64,000 bases of DNA, taken from positions 177,979-241,978 of IMG/VR virus record IMGVR_UViG_3300012952_003952; one strand, 5' to 3'. Numbering within the stretch: position 1 is the first letter of the stretch; each line of letters opens with the position of its first letter. Below are positions 18,860 to 27,697 of the stretch, one piece after another. The notes beneath the pieces were generated by a model, which searched no databases, was not told the origin of the DNA, and saw only the letters and a program-made list of their open reading frames with translations. A program made the translations under genes and the position numbers. The DNA is from a virus. Lineage: Duplodnaviria > Caudoviricetes.

Positions 18860-18916
18860 ATAATTAATGAAATTATTCCCACTTTTTATTATAATATAGA
18901 TAGAGGACTATGAAAT

Positions 18917-19345
18917 ATGCCTGAATACAAAAGCTCTTGGAAATCAAAATCATCTAGTCATTTGACCCCATGGGGATCTGAGATCCGGTGGGCTGCTACT
19001 TCTGGCTGTGTAGGTAAATGTTTAAGCGTAAAAAAGGGAATGAGAACCAGTTTAAAGTACTATAAAATGAAAGATGAAGTGCTATTTTTGTATCGCGGCA
19101 AAATATTGGTTACTCACGGAGACGAGAAAACTATAGAAGATCCAACTCGCCACCCGTATGTTAAAAGCTATCTTGCTCCAGGAGAGATGGTGATAATTCA
19201 AAGCGGTTGTCCTTATAGAATAGAAGCTTTAGAAGATTCTGAAGTTATTGAGATAGGAACGAACCGCGGTGCTGGAATTGGTGACCGAGTTATGGTAGAA
19301 GATGATTTTGGTAGAGTAGAAAAACCAGAAAGTGGAGAAATATAA
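18917..19345 (+). CDS. Cupin-fold protein (mannose-6-phosphate isomerase type II-like)
   Basis: TPWGSE, TSLKYY..KDE, YRIEALEDSEVIEIG, RVMVEDDFGR. Confidence 0.7.
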   Translation: MPEYKSSWKSKSSSHLTPWGSEIRWAATSGCVGKCLSVKKGMRTSLKYYKMKDEVLFLYRGKILVTHGDEKTIEDPTRHPYVKSYLAPGEMVIIQSGCPYRIEALEDSEVIEIGTNRGAGIGDRVMVEDDFGRVEKPESGEI

Positions 19346-20245
19346 ATGATCGTAAGTGATCCATCTTCAGTAAACGTGGTAATTTATCACGCCGATTGTA
19401 CGGACGGTTTCGGCGCAGCATATTCAGCTTGGAAACTCCTCGGCAATCGCGCAGAGTACTACGCTTGTAAGCACGGAACGCCACCGCCTGAAGTAAAAGA
19501 CAAAAACGTTGTAATCTTAGATTTTTCTTTTGATAATGCGACGACTAAAAAAATGATAGAAGAAGCATCTGCTTTATTGGTTATTGATCACCATAAATCA
19601 GCAGTAGTAGAGCTTCACGATATCAGCAACACTATTTTTGATATGACAAAGTCTGGAGCTATGTTATCATGGGAATGGTTTCATCCAGGAAAAGAGCCGC
19701 CAAAATTTATAAAATACATTCAAGACAGAGATTTGTGGAAGTGGGAACTTGATTATTCTAAAGAGTTTAGCGCTGCGTTTGATATGGTGCCATTCGAGTT
19801 TGAAGAGTTTGAAAAATTTGAAGACGATTCAGTTTTTGATGATGCAGTAAAACGAGGTTCTTACATTTTAGCTTATAGTAAAACCGTCGTCAAGAAAGTA
19901 TGCGAAAAAGCCCAACCTAGAAAAATGGATGGGAAAGATGTTTTGGTGGTTAACGCTTCTCACTGGATGTCTGAGATTGGCTCAAGGCTAGCTCCTGATT
20001 GTGATTTCGCAATGATATGGTATTGGGATCATGATGCACAGCATACAAAAGTTTCTCTGAGAGCTTTTCATGACGCGGTTGATGTTTCTGAGATCTCGAA
20101 GAAGTTTGGCGGAGGTGGCCATAAAAAAGCAGGAGGGTTTCAACTTCCTAAGAATAAACACGTAGAAGATTTATTCGACAAACCAAAACCAGCAAGAAAG
20201 AAAAGAGCTTCAAAAACAAAGGTTAAACAAGATGAGTCGTCCTAG
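19346..20245 (+). CDS. DHH/DHHA1 phosphoesterase (NrnB/oligoribonuclease-like)
   Basis: YHADCTDGFGAA, ILDFS, IDHH, QDRDLW, GGGGHKKAGG. Confidence 0.88.
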   Translation: MIVSDPSSVNVVIYHADCTDGFGAAYSAWKLLGNRAEYYACKHGTPPPEVKDKNVVILDFSFDNATTKKMIEEASALLVIDHHKSAVVELHDISNTIFDMTKSGAMLSWEWFHPGKEPPKFIKYIQDRDLWKWELDYSKEFSAAFDMVPFEFEEFEKFEDDSVFDDAVKRGSYILAYSKTVVKKVCEKAQPRKMDGKDVLVVNASHWMSEIGSRLAPDCDFAMIWYWDHDAQHTKVSLRAFHDAVDVSEISKKFGGGGHKKAGGFQLPKNKHVEDLFDKPKPARKKRASKTKVKQDESS

Positions 20246-20636
20246 TTGGGATCAGATCTGGATGAATTTTGCAGAATCTATTTCTGAAAGATCTTATGAT
20301 CCAAGGTTTCAAGTTGGAGCAGTCGTTGTAACTGAAGACAACAGCCAGGTTTTAGCTGTTGGATACAATGGAAATTATGCCGGCGGACCCAATCAAGTAG
20401 AGTCAGAAACCCCTGGAGAGTCTGGTATGCTACATGCTGAAATTAATGCGCTCTTAAAAATGGATTATAATAACCCTAAAAAGAAAAAGCTTTATTTAAC
20501 TCTATCGCCTTGTAGAATGTGCGCAAAGGCTATAATTAATAGTGGAATTAAAGAAGTAGTCTACGCTGAAGCTTACAGGGATCTTTCGGGGATAAAACTT
20601 TTAAAAGAATGTGGCATATCAGTAAGACACTTTTGA
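20232..20636 (+). CDS. dCMP deaminase-family protein
   Basis: QVGAVVV, GYNG, HAEINAL, SPCRMCAK. Confidence 0.88.
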   Translation: MSRPSWDQIWMNFAESISERSYDPRFQVGAVVVTEDNSQVLAVGYNGNYAGGPNQVESETPGESGMLHAEINALLKMDYNNPKKKKLYLTLSPCRMCAKAIINSGIKEVVYAEAYRDLSGIKLLKECGISVRHF

Positions 20637-20685
20637 TTCAGAACTTAATATGTAGTAATGAATTGTAAGCAATGAGGTTGATATA

Positions 20686-22680
20686 ATGTCACAAATGAAC
20701 ATGAAAGAGAGATTTGATCTCTTTGCCAAATGCGGAGCTTTTGGTAATTTAGAAGATTTAATGCTTCAAGAATCTAATCTGTCTTTTCTTTTAGTAGAGC
20801 AATTAGAAAATCAAGATGTTGATAAACTAAGAGCTTCTATCGCTGCAACAATGGAAGTTCTTGATAGTATTAAGGGAAAAATCGGAAACTCTTTTCCTTC
20901 ACTTGCCGCATATCTTGATAAAAATAAGCTTGCTCTATCTAAAGCTGAAGAATTAGCCTCAAAAGTAGATTTAAAAGATCCCAAAGGGTTAAAGGGTTTA
21001 CTTGGCAGCATGTTTGGCGATAAAATGGATATCGGTCGAGCTCTCCAGGGAGTACTTGAAGTAGAAGCTAAAGCCAACCAGTCTTTAAACACTTTTAAAG
21101 CTGCCATTCCTTTAATAGCTAGAAACCTAAAAGGAAAACTCGAGCCTGAAACAAAACTTTCTCAAATTCCAGCAGACGTAGGAATTACTTCTGACCAACT
21201 CCGCGGAGGAGTAGAAAAAGCGTTTGGTTCTGCTGGTAAAAAAGGTATCTTCGCTAAAATGGCCGGTTTCTTTAAAAGTAAAGCTGCAAAAATACCTGGC
21301 GCCGAAGATCCTGGAGATTTTCCAACAGACGCATTTGCAGACGAATTATTAGAATTAACTTATGGTGATTTAGAAGATTTAGTTTCAGCTGTAGAAGCAG
21401 TAGATCTTCCGCAACCTCAGCAAGACGCCATAGAAGACGTAAACACGGCAGCTCAAGAAGCTGAGGGTTCTGATGATCCCTTAGCTGGCACGCCCGCAGC
21501 TGCTGCCGGTGCCGAGGAAGGTGGCGAAGAAGCCGAAGAAGCCGAAGAAGGAGAAACTGCAGCTAGTATAACTAGAGACAGTTTAATCCAAAAAGCTACC
21601 GACGCCGCAGGAGAACCAGGAGCTAAAATCTTTGCTAAGTTAATCGACATGGGCACTTTGAAAGATGCTGGTTTAGAAATAACTGAAGAATCTTTTAATC
21701 GAAGAAATTTGCTCGACTTACTTTTTGAGCAAGTTAAAGTTTCTCACGAAAAATACCAAGCCGCAGTTAACGCTGTTTCTGAAGAAGATGAAGAAGCGTT
21801 CAAAGACGTAGATTTAGATGACATTAGAGATAAACTTAGTGGAATCGACGAACTAGATATTGAAGCTAAAAAAATCAATCCAAAAGAACTAACGGATAAA
21901 GCTTATAGGCAGGGTAAATTTGCTGTAACGCTAAATGGAAATGAATTTATTGAAGGCCGTCCATCTGAAATCGTAGCCTACGTTGCAATGGAGCTCAGCA
22001 AAGACGAAGACTTACAGGTCGATTTTGTAGAAGACGCTGAAATAGAAGTCGATGGCGGCGGTGGTGAAAAAATTCCTTTCATAGAAATGGAAGACATGGT
22101 TTCTAGAATCAACAAAGACCTTGAAGCTGCGAAATATGGAGAAACAACATTTCGACTTGGAGCTTCTGAAGAAGCTGAAGAGCCAGCTGAAGATGCAGAA
22201 GAAATTGCAGCAGCACTAGAAAAAGCTGCCGCTGAAGTAACTGCCGAGCCAGAAGCTCCAGCAGTCGCGATTGGTCATGCTTTAGATGGTTGGTTCGACA
22301 CTTTGTCCACTTCGGCTAAGAGTGTTTTAAATGCTAAGGGAAGATTTGGTGGATTAAAAACAGCAGTTGATACGTCTTTAGGAAATGCTGCTAAAGCTAT
22401 AGCGGGCGAAGTACAAAAAGCAGTTGACGCCTGGTGGAAAGAGCATGAAGAGACACTGGTTAAGAGCAAAAAGTTTAGTAAAACTAATGGCGAAACTCTT
22501 AGAGCAGAAATTCCAAAAATTGCAGCAGCCATGCTACAACAGAAAGCTGAAAACAGCTTTCCAATAACCACTTCCACTATACGACGTGTGACAAACAGAT
22601 ATCTTAATAAAAAGTATCTTTCTGGAGAACTCCTCCAAGAGTCTTCTAGGTGGCAAACACTTGCGGGTATTAAAAAATGA
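20686..22680 (+). CDS. Large acidic protein, possible virion internal protein
   Basis: Ala/Glu-rich; LQE/LVE motifs; ends LLQESSRWQTLAGIKK. Confidence 0.6.
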   Translation: MSQMNMKERFDLFAKCGAFGNLEDLMLQESNLSFLLVEQLENQDVDKLRASIAATMEVLDSIKGKIGNSFPSLAAYLDKNKLALSKAEELASKVDLKDPKGLKGLLGSMFGDKMDIGRALQGVLEVEAKANQSLNTFKAAIPLIARNLKGKLEPETKLSQIPADVGITSDQLRGGVEKAFGSAGKKGIFAKMAGFFKSKAAKIPGAEDPGDFPTDAFADELLELTYGDLEDLVSAVEAVDLPQPQQDAIEDVNTAAQEAEGSDDPLAGTPAAAAGAEEGGEEAEEAEEGETAASITRDSLIQKATDAAGEPGAKIFAKLIDMGTLKDAGLEITEESFNRRNLLDLLFEQVKVSHEKYQAAVNAVSEEDEEAFKDVDLDDIRDKLSGIDELDIEAKKINPKELTDKAYRQGKFAVTLNGNEFIEGRPSEIVAYVAMELSKDEDLQVDFVEDAEIEVDGGGGEKIPFIEMEDMVSRINKDLEAAKYGETTFRLGASEEAEEPAEDAEEIAAALEKAAAEVTAEPEAPAVAIGHALDGWFDTLSTSAKSVLNAKGRFGGLKTAVDTSLGNAAKAIAGEVQKAVDAWWKEHEETLVKSKKFSKTNGETLRAEIPKIAAAMLQQKAENSFPITTSTIRRVTNRYLNKKYLSGELLQESSRWQTLAGIKK

Positions 22681-23045
22681 AAGTTGAAAAAATTGCGAAC
22701 GGCTTACTTTACGAAAGGTATAAAAGAAAACTTTTAGAAGCTCTTTCCGAAGTAGATGTTTTAGATGATCAGGGTAATATCATAATATCGAAAGATTTAA
22801 AAGTGAAACATAAAGATTCTGGTTTTGAATACACAGTAGATGATGTAGTAGATGATAATGGAAATGTCAGTATCTATCTTAGAGATCCCACTGCCCCGCG
22901 TATAGAAGATCCACCAGGAGACGAAACTTTATTAGGCGCTCCTCCAGCCGCAGATTTTCTTCATGAAGAAGACGACGAAGACGAAGAAGATACTGTATTT
23001 GTAATAGATCAAAGTGAATTTGAAAAGGAATACGAAATAAAATGA
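22677..23045 (+). CDS. Hypothetical acidic protein
   Basis: ATGA-coupled ORF. Confidence 0.6.
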   Translation: MKVEKIANGLLYERYKRKLLEALSEVDVLDDQGNIIISKDLKVKHKDSGFEYTVDDVVDDNGNVSIYLRDPTAPRIEDPPGDETLLGAPPAADFLHEEDDEDEEDTVFVIDQSEFEKEYEIK

Positions 23046-23728
23046 AAGATTTAGAAAAAAATTTAAAGGCACAAATACGCTCGGATCTTGGTATAGAAAA
23101 TGAAAAACTTTCTGAAGCTTATGTTACTAAAGCCAAAAAGTTCAATCTAAACACTGAGCTCCTTAGCACTAAAACAAAGAAAGTTCAGCAAGAAATGCTT
23201 AACGGCTATGTAGAAACACTTAACGATACTGCTGCTTCTTTAGACACGGCAAACAGAGACAATGCTAATTCCGATTCTTCTAAGTTTAGGTCTTTAAAAA
23301 TAGACGAGATTTATAATCTAAATGGAGCGTTTCTTTTTGGGTTGCACTTTGAAAATATTTCAGACCCGCAGTCTCAAGTTGCGATGGACTCTTTGTCATT
23401 TATGAGACTAGAAAGAGATTTTGGCACTTTTGATGAATGGCAAAAAGATTTCATTGCTTGCGCTCTTTCTTCTCGCTCTGGTTGGGTAGTCACTGTTTAC
23501 AATGGTTTTTTGAATCGATACATAAATTGCACAGTAGATTCTAATGACATTAGTATTCCAATCAATTCTTATCCAGTTTTAGTTTTAAGCATGCATCCTG
23601 AATCTTATGTTCGAGATTACTTAGAAGACAAAAAAGCTTATGTTTATGCAATGATGCAAGAGCTTAACTGGGGAGTAATAGAAGATAGATTCAAGAAGTC
23701 TGACAGAATTAGCAAGGTGCTTCGATGA
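23042..23728 (+). CDS. Fe/Mn superoxide dismutase-fold protein with degenerate metal ligands
   Basis: GYVETLN, FGTFDEWQKDF, SGWVV, PVLVL..., DY...KKAYV...LNW match the SOD scaffold; DxWEH replaced by SMHPES. Confidence 0.75.
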   Translation: MKDLEKNLKAQIRSDLGIENEKLSEAYVTKAKKFNLNTELLSTKTKKVQQEMLNGYVETLNDTAASLDTANRDNANSDSSKFRSLKIDEIYNLNGAFLFGLHFENISDPQSQVAMDSLSFMRLERDFGTFDEWQKDFIACALSSRSGWVVTVYNGFLNRYINCTVDSNDISIPINSYPVLVLSMHPESYVRDYLEDKKAYVYAMMQELNWGVIEDRFKKSDRISKVLR

Positions 23729-24387
23729 AAAGAGATGATTTAAAAAGATATTTTGTAAGGTATTTCTCTAATACCCTCCTCCAAGAGCAAGACGAGCTTT
23801 TTGGAGACGAAGAAGAGGATACTGCTGATGATGAAGCTGCTGATGAAGAGGGAGACACCGAGACAGAAGAAGGTGCTACCGAAGATGAAGAACCACCAGA
23901 AGAAGAAATAGAAATAGAAGCTGGCGATGAAGTAAGGTTAGGTAAGGGATTTGAAGCAGCGATAGATTCTATACTTAACGATTTTGAAATGGACGCTTTA
24001 AAAAGCGCGCAAATAAACATTGGCGATGAAGAAATAGCAGTAGAGTCTAGCTGGTGGAATAAACCACTTTCTAAAATGCTTCTAGAGCAAGAAGAAGCAA
24101 CTACAGAAGCAGAACTTGATATAGACATTTTTGCTGAAGATGTAGCTCGGTTTATAAACAATTACGATACTCTTTTGGACATGGAGTCGATAATATACAA
24201 TAAGGCTAAAGAGCTTTTAATCACTAAATACGGAGACGAAGTAGCTCTTGCTTTTGAAGAGATATTAAAAGCGCGCCACGGAATAGATTTGACATCTGCA
24301 GTAGATGGAAAAGCCGTATCGGACTCTGAAGAAATTCAGCCTCCACTAGCAGTTGGTTCATCGGGTGCAGCAGCTGGTGGGGCATGA
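23725..24387 (+). CDS. Acidic hypothetical protein (LLQEQ/LLEQ motifs)
   Basis: ATGA-coupled ORF with D/E-rich segment. Confidence 0.6.
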   Translation: MKRDDLKRYFVRYFSNTLLQEQDELFGDEEEDTADDEAADEEGDTETEEGATEDEEPPEEEIEIEAGDEVRLGKGFEAAIDSILNDFEMDALKSAQINIGDEEIAVESSWWNKPLSKMLLEQEEATTEAELDIDIFAEDVARFINNYDTLLDMESIIYNKAKELLITKYGDEVALAFEEILKARHGIDLTSAVDGKAVSDSEEIQPPLAVGSSGAAAGGA

Positions 24388-24665
24388 CCAGCCGTTTTCA
24401 AACTAGAAAATCGGTTCACGTTAATCTCAGCACCGGAGTGCATGCTGAATTTAGGATGGAGCTCTTTAAAAGAGGCTTATCTATGCAGGAAGTATTTGAG
24501 CATTTAGCATGTTCAATTACAAATGGTGACTCTTATTTAACTAATCTTTTAGATACTCTTGAATATAATAAAAAATATCGAGTAGATACAAAGAAATTTG
24601 TGGATGCTGATTCTGAAACATTGTTTGAGCAAATTAAAGCTAATAATACGCTTGGAGAAGATTAA
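24384..24665 (+). CDS. Possible ribbon-helix-helix DNA-binding protein
   Basis: RKSVHVNL followed by two helices (HAEFRMELFKRGLSMQEVFEHL). Confidence 0.45.
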   Translation: MTSRFQTRKSVHVNLSTGVHAEFRMELFKRGLSMQEVFEHLACSITNGDSYLTNLLDTLEYNKKYRVDTKKFVDADSETLFEQIKANNTLGED

Positions 24666-24965
24666 GTGTTTGATTTTTTATTTAAAGGTGGTAATCAAAA
24701 ACTTTTAGAAGAGAAAAATAGAAATCTCTCTAAAGATTTAGACGCGTTAACAAGAGAAGTCGCGGTTATTAAATCAGAGCTTGAAACACTCAAGCACTCT
24801 TTTGCTGAAACACAAATGAGTCTAAACATTTTAATTACAGCAACTCAAGGCGTGGCAGACGATTTAAGTATTGTCTATAATGCAGTAATGGGTCCAGAAA
24901 AAACAGCATCTAATGTTTTACCATTTTCGTTTGGCCAAGTTGAGGATGATGATTACGAAAATTAA
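24666..24965 (+). CDS. Coiled-coil hypothetical protein
   Basis: GGAG RBS, GTG start, heptads. Confidence 0.55.
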   Translation: MFDFLFKGGNQKLLEEKNRNLSKDLDALTREVAVIKSELETLKHSFAETQMSLNILITATQGVADDLSIVYNAVMGPEKTASNVLPFSFGQVEDDDYEN

Positions 24966-24988
24966 TACTTAAGTTCAGGAGGTGGATT

Positions 24989-25180
24989 ATGAATGTCCCG
25001 TTTCTTGACAGAGTAGTTAATAAGTTAATCTCCCGAAAGTTTTTAGTATTTTGTACTGCGACCGGTCTATTGACTTGGTCAGGATTAGATTCTGACACTT
25101 GGGGAATGATAGCTATAGTTTATATCGGAGGGCAGTCTGTAATTGATGCTGCCTTAGCTTGGAAGCATGGCAACAATTAA
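24989..25180 (+). CDS. Small two-helix membrane protein (holin-like)
   Basis: SRKFLVFCTATGLL and WGMIAIVYIGGQSVID hydrophobic segments; GGAGG RBS. Confidence 0.5.
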   Translation: MNVPFLDRVVNKLISRKFLVFCTATGLLTWSGLDSDTWGMIAIVYIGGQSVIDAALAWKHGNN

Positions 25181-25595
25181 GATGGCACTTTGGTGGATTT
25201 CTGCAAGTTCTTGGCTTAAGAAAGCTTGGGCTTGGTGTAAGAAAAATTGGAAGCTGTTCTTAGGGATGGCTATACCGATTATCGTAATGCTTATTTCGCG
25301 CAAAAGAGTCGATCTTAAAAAAGTTTTAGATAGGACTAGAGAAGATTACGAAAAAGAAATACAACTTATTGAAGACTCTAAAGCTGCAGAATTAGAAAAG
25401 AGAGACGCTTCTCGAAAAAAATATTTTTCTACAGTAGACGAAATTAAAGAAAGATACGAAAATAGAAGAAGCGAGTTAGAAGAATCTAAGGCTGAAGAAG
25501 TTGATAAGTTGTTAAAAGAATATGAAAGTGACCCAGCAGCTCTTACTGAAAAGATAAAAAGTTTAACAGGATTCAGCATATATAATAATGAATAA
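25167..25595 (+). CDS. Membrane-anchored coiled-coil protein
   Basis: N-terminal TM (WKLFLGMAIPIIVMLI) then charged heptads. Confidence 0.6.
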   Translation: MATIKMALWWISASSWLKKAWAWCKKNWKLFLGMAIPIIVMLISRKRVDLKKVLDRTREDYEKEIQLIEDSKAAELEKRDASRKKYFSTVDEIKERYENRRSELEESKAEEVDKLLKEYESDPAALTEKIKSLTGFSIYNNE

Positions 25596-25613
25596 ACAGC
25601 AGAAGGTATCTTA

Positions 25614-27188
25614 ATGTCATATTCTTTAAAAAAGGTTTACGGTTTTTCAGACAAAGACGACACTCGAGTTAAAAAAGTAACCGGAAAGTCTTTATCTAAT
25701 TTGCTAATGAGAGAAGCTTTGATCTTAGAGCAAGAAGCTCTGGCTCAGCAAGTTCAAGCGGCTGGCGCAAAACCAGTTACTCTAGTTGTTTTGTATGGGC
25801 CCCCAGCAGCTGGGAAGGGCGCGGCTAAAAAAGATATCGGAACTTTCATTGGAGGCGTAGAGCAAAATTTTGAAGATTGGCTCGATGACATCGGCGATGA
25901 AGGAAATAAACACTTTCAAGAAGAAGATGCTGCCATGGTTAACATCACCACAAAACAAATGGCTCCAGCAGTCTACAGCGAGATTTCGAAAAGAGTTTCT
26001 GGCGGAGAGAATTTTGAAGATGTAGTAGAAGATTATTTTCATGTTAATGAATCTGGCAAAAAGTTTTCCGTTTCAGATATTCTCAGTAAGTCTGCGTTTG
26101 AAAAACTAGAATCTGAAGGAGGAAGCGCTGCTTTTGCTGACTTCCCGCAAACTCAAGCTTTCTTTACACAAGCCAGAGGTTTTTCTCGTGCGCTAGATGG
26201 ATTAAGCGCTGAAGTAAACGACATGATGGGGCCTGATGATGGTTCTCCTACACTCGGTATCAGAGCTGCTGCTGCCGGCAGATATATGAACGATGTGAAA
26301 AAAGAGCTGCAGGGCATGTTAGCTACTGAAGAAATTGGCTCTACACCTTACGCTACAGTTTATTTAGCTGATCAAGCTGGAGAATCTACAGCTGACACAG
26401 CCAGAATTTCTGCTTTGGGCAAGATGAAAGAAGATCCTGAATTTGATGCTCTTAAAATTATTGGTGTTTATATTCACCAACCAGCCGAAAGAACTCGCAT
26501 AGCCAATCTCCACCGCGCCTCAACTGGCGGCCGGAGAGTTGCCCAAAAAGAAGTAGACCGTATTTTCGCTGCCGGACCTCAGATAAGCGCAGATGGAAAT
26601 ATCGAAGAGAAGGGTGCCGCATTAGAAGCTATGGAGTCTGCTGGATTCGATCAAATTCATCTTTATCATCCACCAGACCCTTTTGATCCTGAGGGCGTCG
26701 AAGTAGACGGTCAACCTATTGGAAACGCTATTTGCGAGCCTCTTGGATCCGGTAAAGGACACTTAGATATTGAAGGCTGTGAAGAAGAATCCGAAGGATC
26801 AGCAACAGGTGCAAAGTCTCTTAAAGGAATGGAAAAATATGCTGTCAAACAAGCTAATATTTCAGACGAAGAAGTAGAAGCTGCTGGCGGAGGTATACCA
26901 GAAGATCTAGAAGCAGAAGAAAAAGAGAAAATAATTGCTGCTTTTAACAAAATGGGATTTAGTGGAGTTTCGCCTGGGGATCTAGACAATTATCTTACTC
27001 GTCTAGCTCCTCCCGGTGTGCGTGGAGCTTCGAAACATGGTAAAGTTCCATGGTCAGGCGATTTGTTTGGAAAGGGGACTAACCCCACTGAAAAAATTAC
27101 TATTAAAGATGAAAGTGCTAGAACACAAAAATCTGAAGATGACCTTATTTTAGAACGCTGGCAAAGAATGGCAGGTTTACTTAAGTAA
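25614..27188 (+). CDS. P-loop kinase (zeta-toxin/AAA_33-like) with virion-type terminal motifs
   Basis: Walker A LYGPPAAGKG, YLADQAG, RIANLHR..GGRRV; ends LILERWQRMAGLLK. Confidence 0.65.
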   Translation: MSYSLKKVYGFSDKDDTRVKKVTGKSLSNLLMREALILEQEALAQQVQAAGAKPVTLVVLYGPPAAGKGAAKKDIGTFIGGVEQNFEDWLDDIGDEGNKHFQEEDAAMVNITTKQMAPAVYSEISKRVSGGENFEDVVEDYFHVNESGKKFSVSDILSKSAFEKLESEGGSAAFADFPQTQAFFTQARGFSRALDGLSAEVNDMMGPDDGSPTLGIRAAAAGRYMNDVKKELQGMLATEEIGSTPYATVYLADQAGESTADTARISALGKMKEDPEFDALKIIGVYIHQPAERTRIANLHRASTGGRRVAQKEVDRIFAAGPQISADGNIEEKGAALEAMESAGFDQIHLYHPPDPFDPEGVEVDGQPIGNAICEPLGSGKGHLDIEGCEEESEGSATGAKSLKGMEKYAVKQANISDEEVEAAGGGIPEDLEAEEKEKIIAAFNKMGFSGVSPGDLDNYLTRLAPPGVRGASKHGKVPWSGDLFGKGTNPTEKITIKDESARTQKSEDDLILERWQRMAGLLK

Positions 27189-27209
27189 GCAAAAGTTTAG
27201 TATTTTCAT

Positions 27210-27659
27210 ATGATTATGAAAAAAATCTTCGCCTGCTTGATTTCAATTCAGTTAATGTTTCTGCCAGTCGCAGCTCATGCTGATGAAGTTATAACAAATA
27301 TATCTGAAGGAGACCCCGCTCCATTTAGTGGAACTCTTTTTAATCCAGAGGCTAGCGCTAGGATTATAATACAATTAGATTATGCACAGGAATCTTGCGA
27401 TTTAAGGATTTCCGAATTGCAAGAGACGCTAACTGCAAGGCACACTTTCGAAATGGAAGTACTGCAATCTTCTCTAACTAGCTGCAATCAACTTTGCACA
27501 TCGAGATTAGACATTAGACAAAACCAAATAGACTTTCTCAACGAAGAATTAACTAAGAAAAGACCGCAAAATCAAGTGCTTTATTTTATAGTTGGGACAG
27601 TTCTTGGTGTGGGCCTAACGCTAGGCACGTCTTATGCGTATTCAAATATTGTAAATTAG
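27210..27659 (+). CDS. Exported coiled-coil protein with C-terminal TM
   Basis: Signal peptide ending AHA-D; C-terminal VLYFIVGTVLGVGLTLG. Confidence 0.6.
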   Translation: MIMKKIFACLISIQLMFLPVAAHADEVITNISEGDPAPFSGTLFNPEASARIIIQLDYAQESCDLRISELQETLTARHTFEMEVLQSSLTSCNQLCTSRLDIRQNQIDFLNEELTKKRPQNQVLYFIVGTVLGVGLTLGTSYAYSNIVN

Positions 27660-27697
27660 CTTTAATATGCATACTTAGTTATGTTCATGGAGTTACT

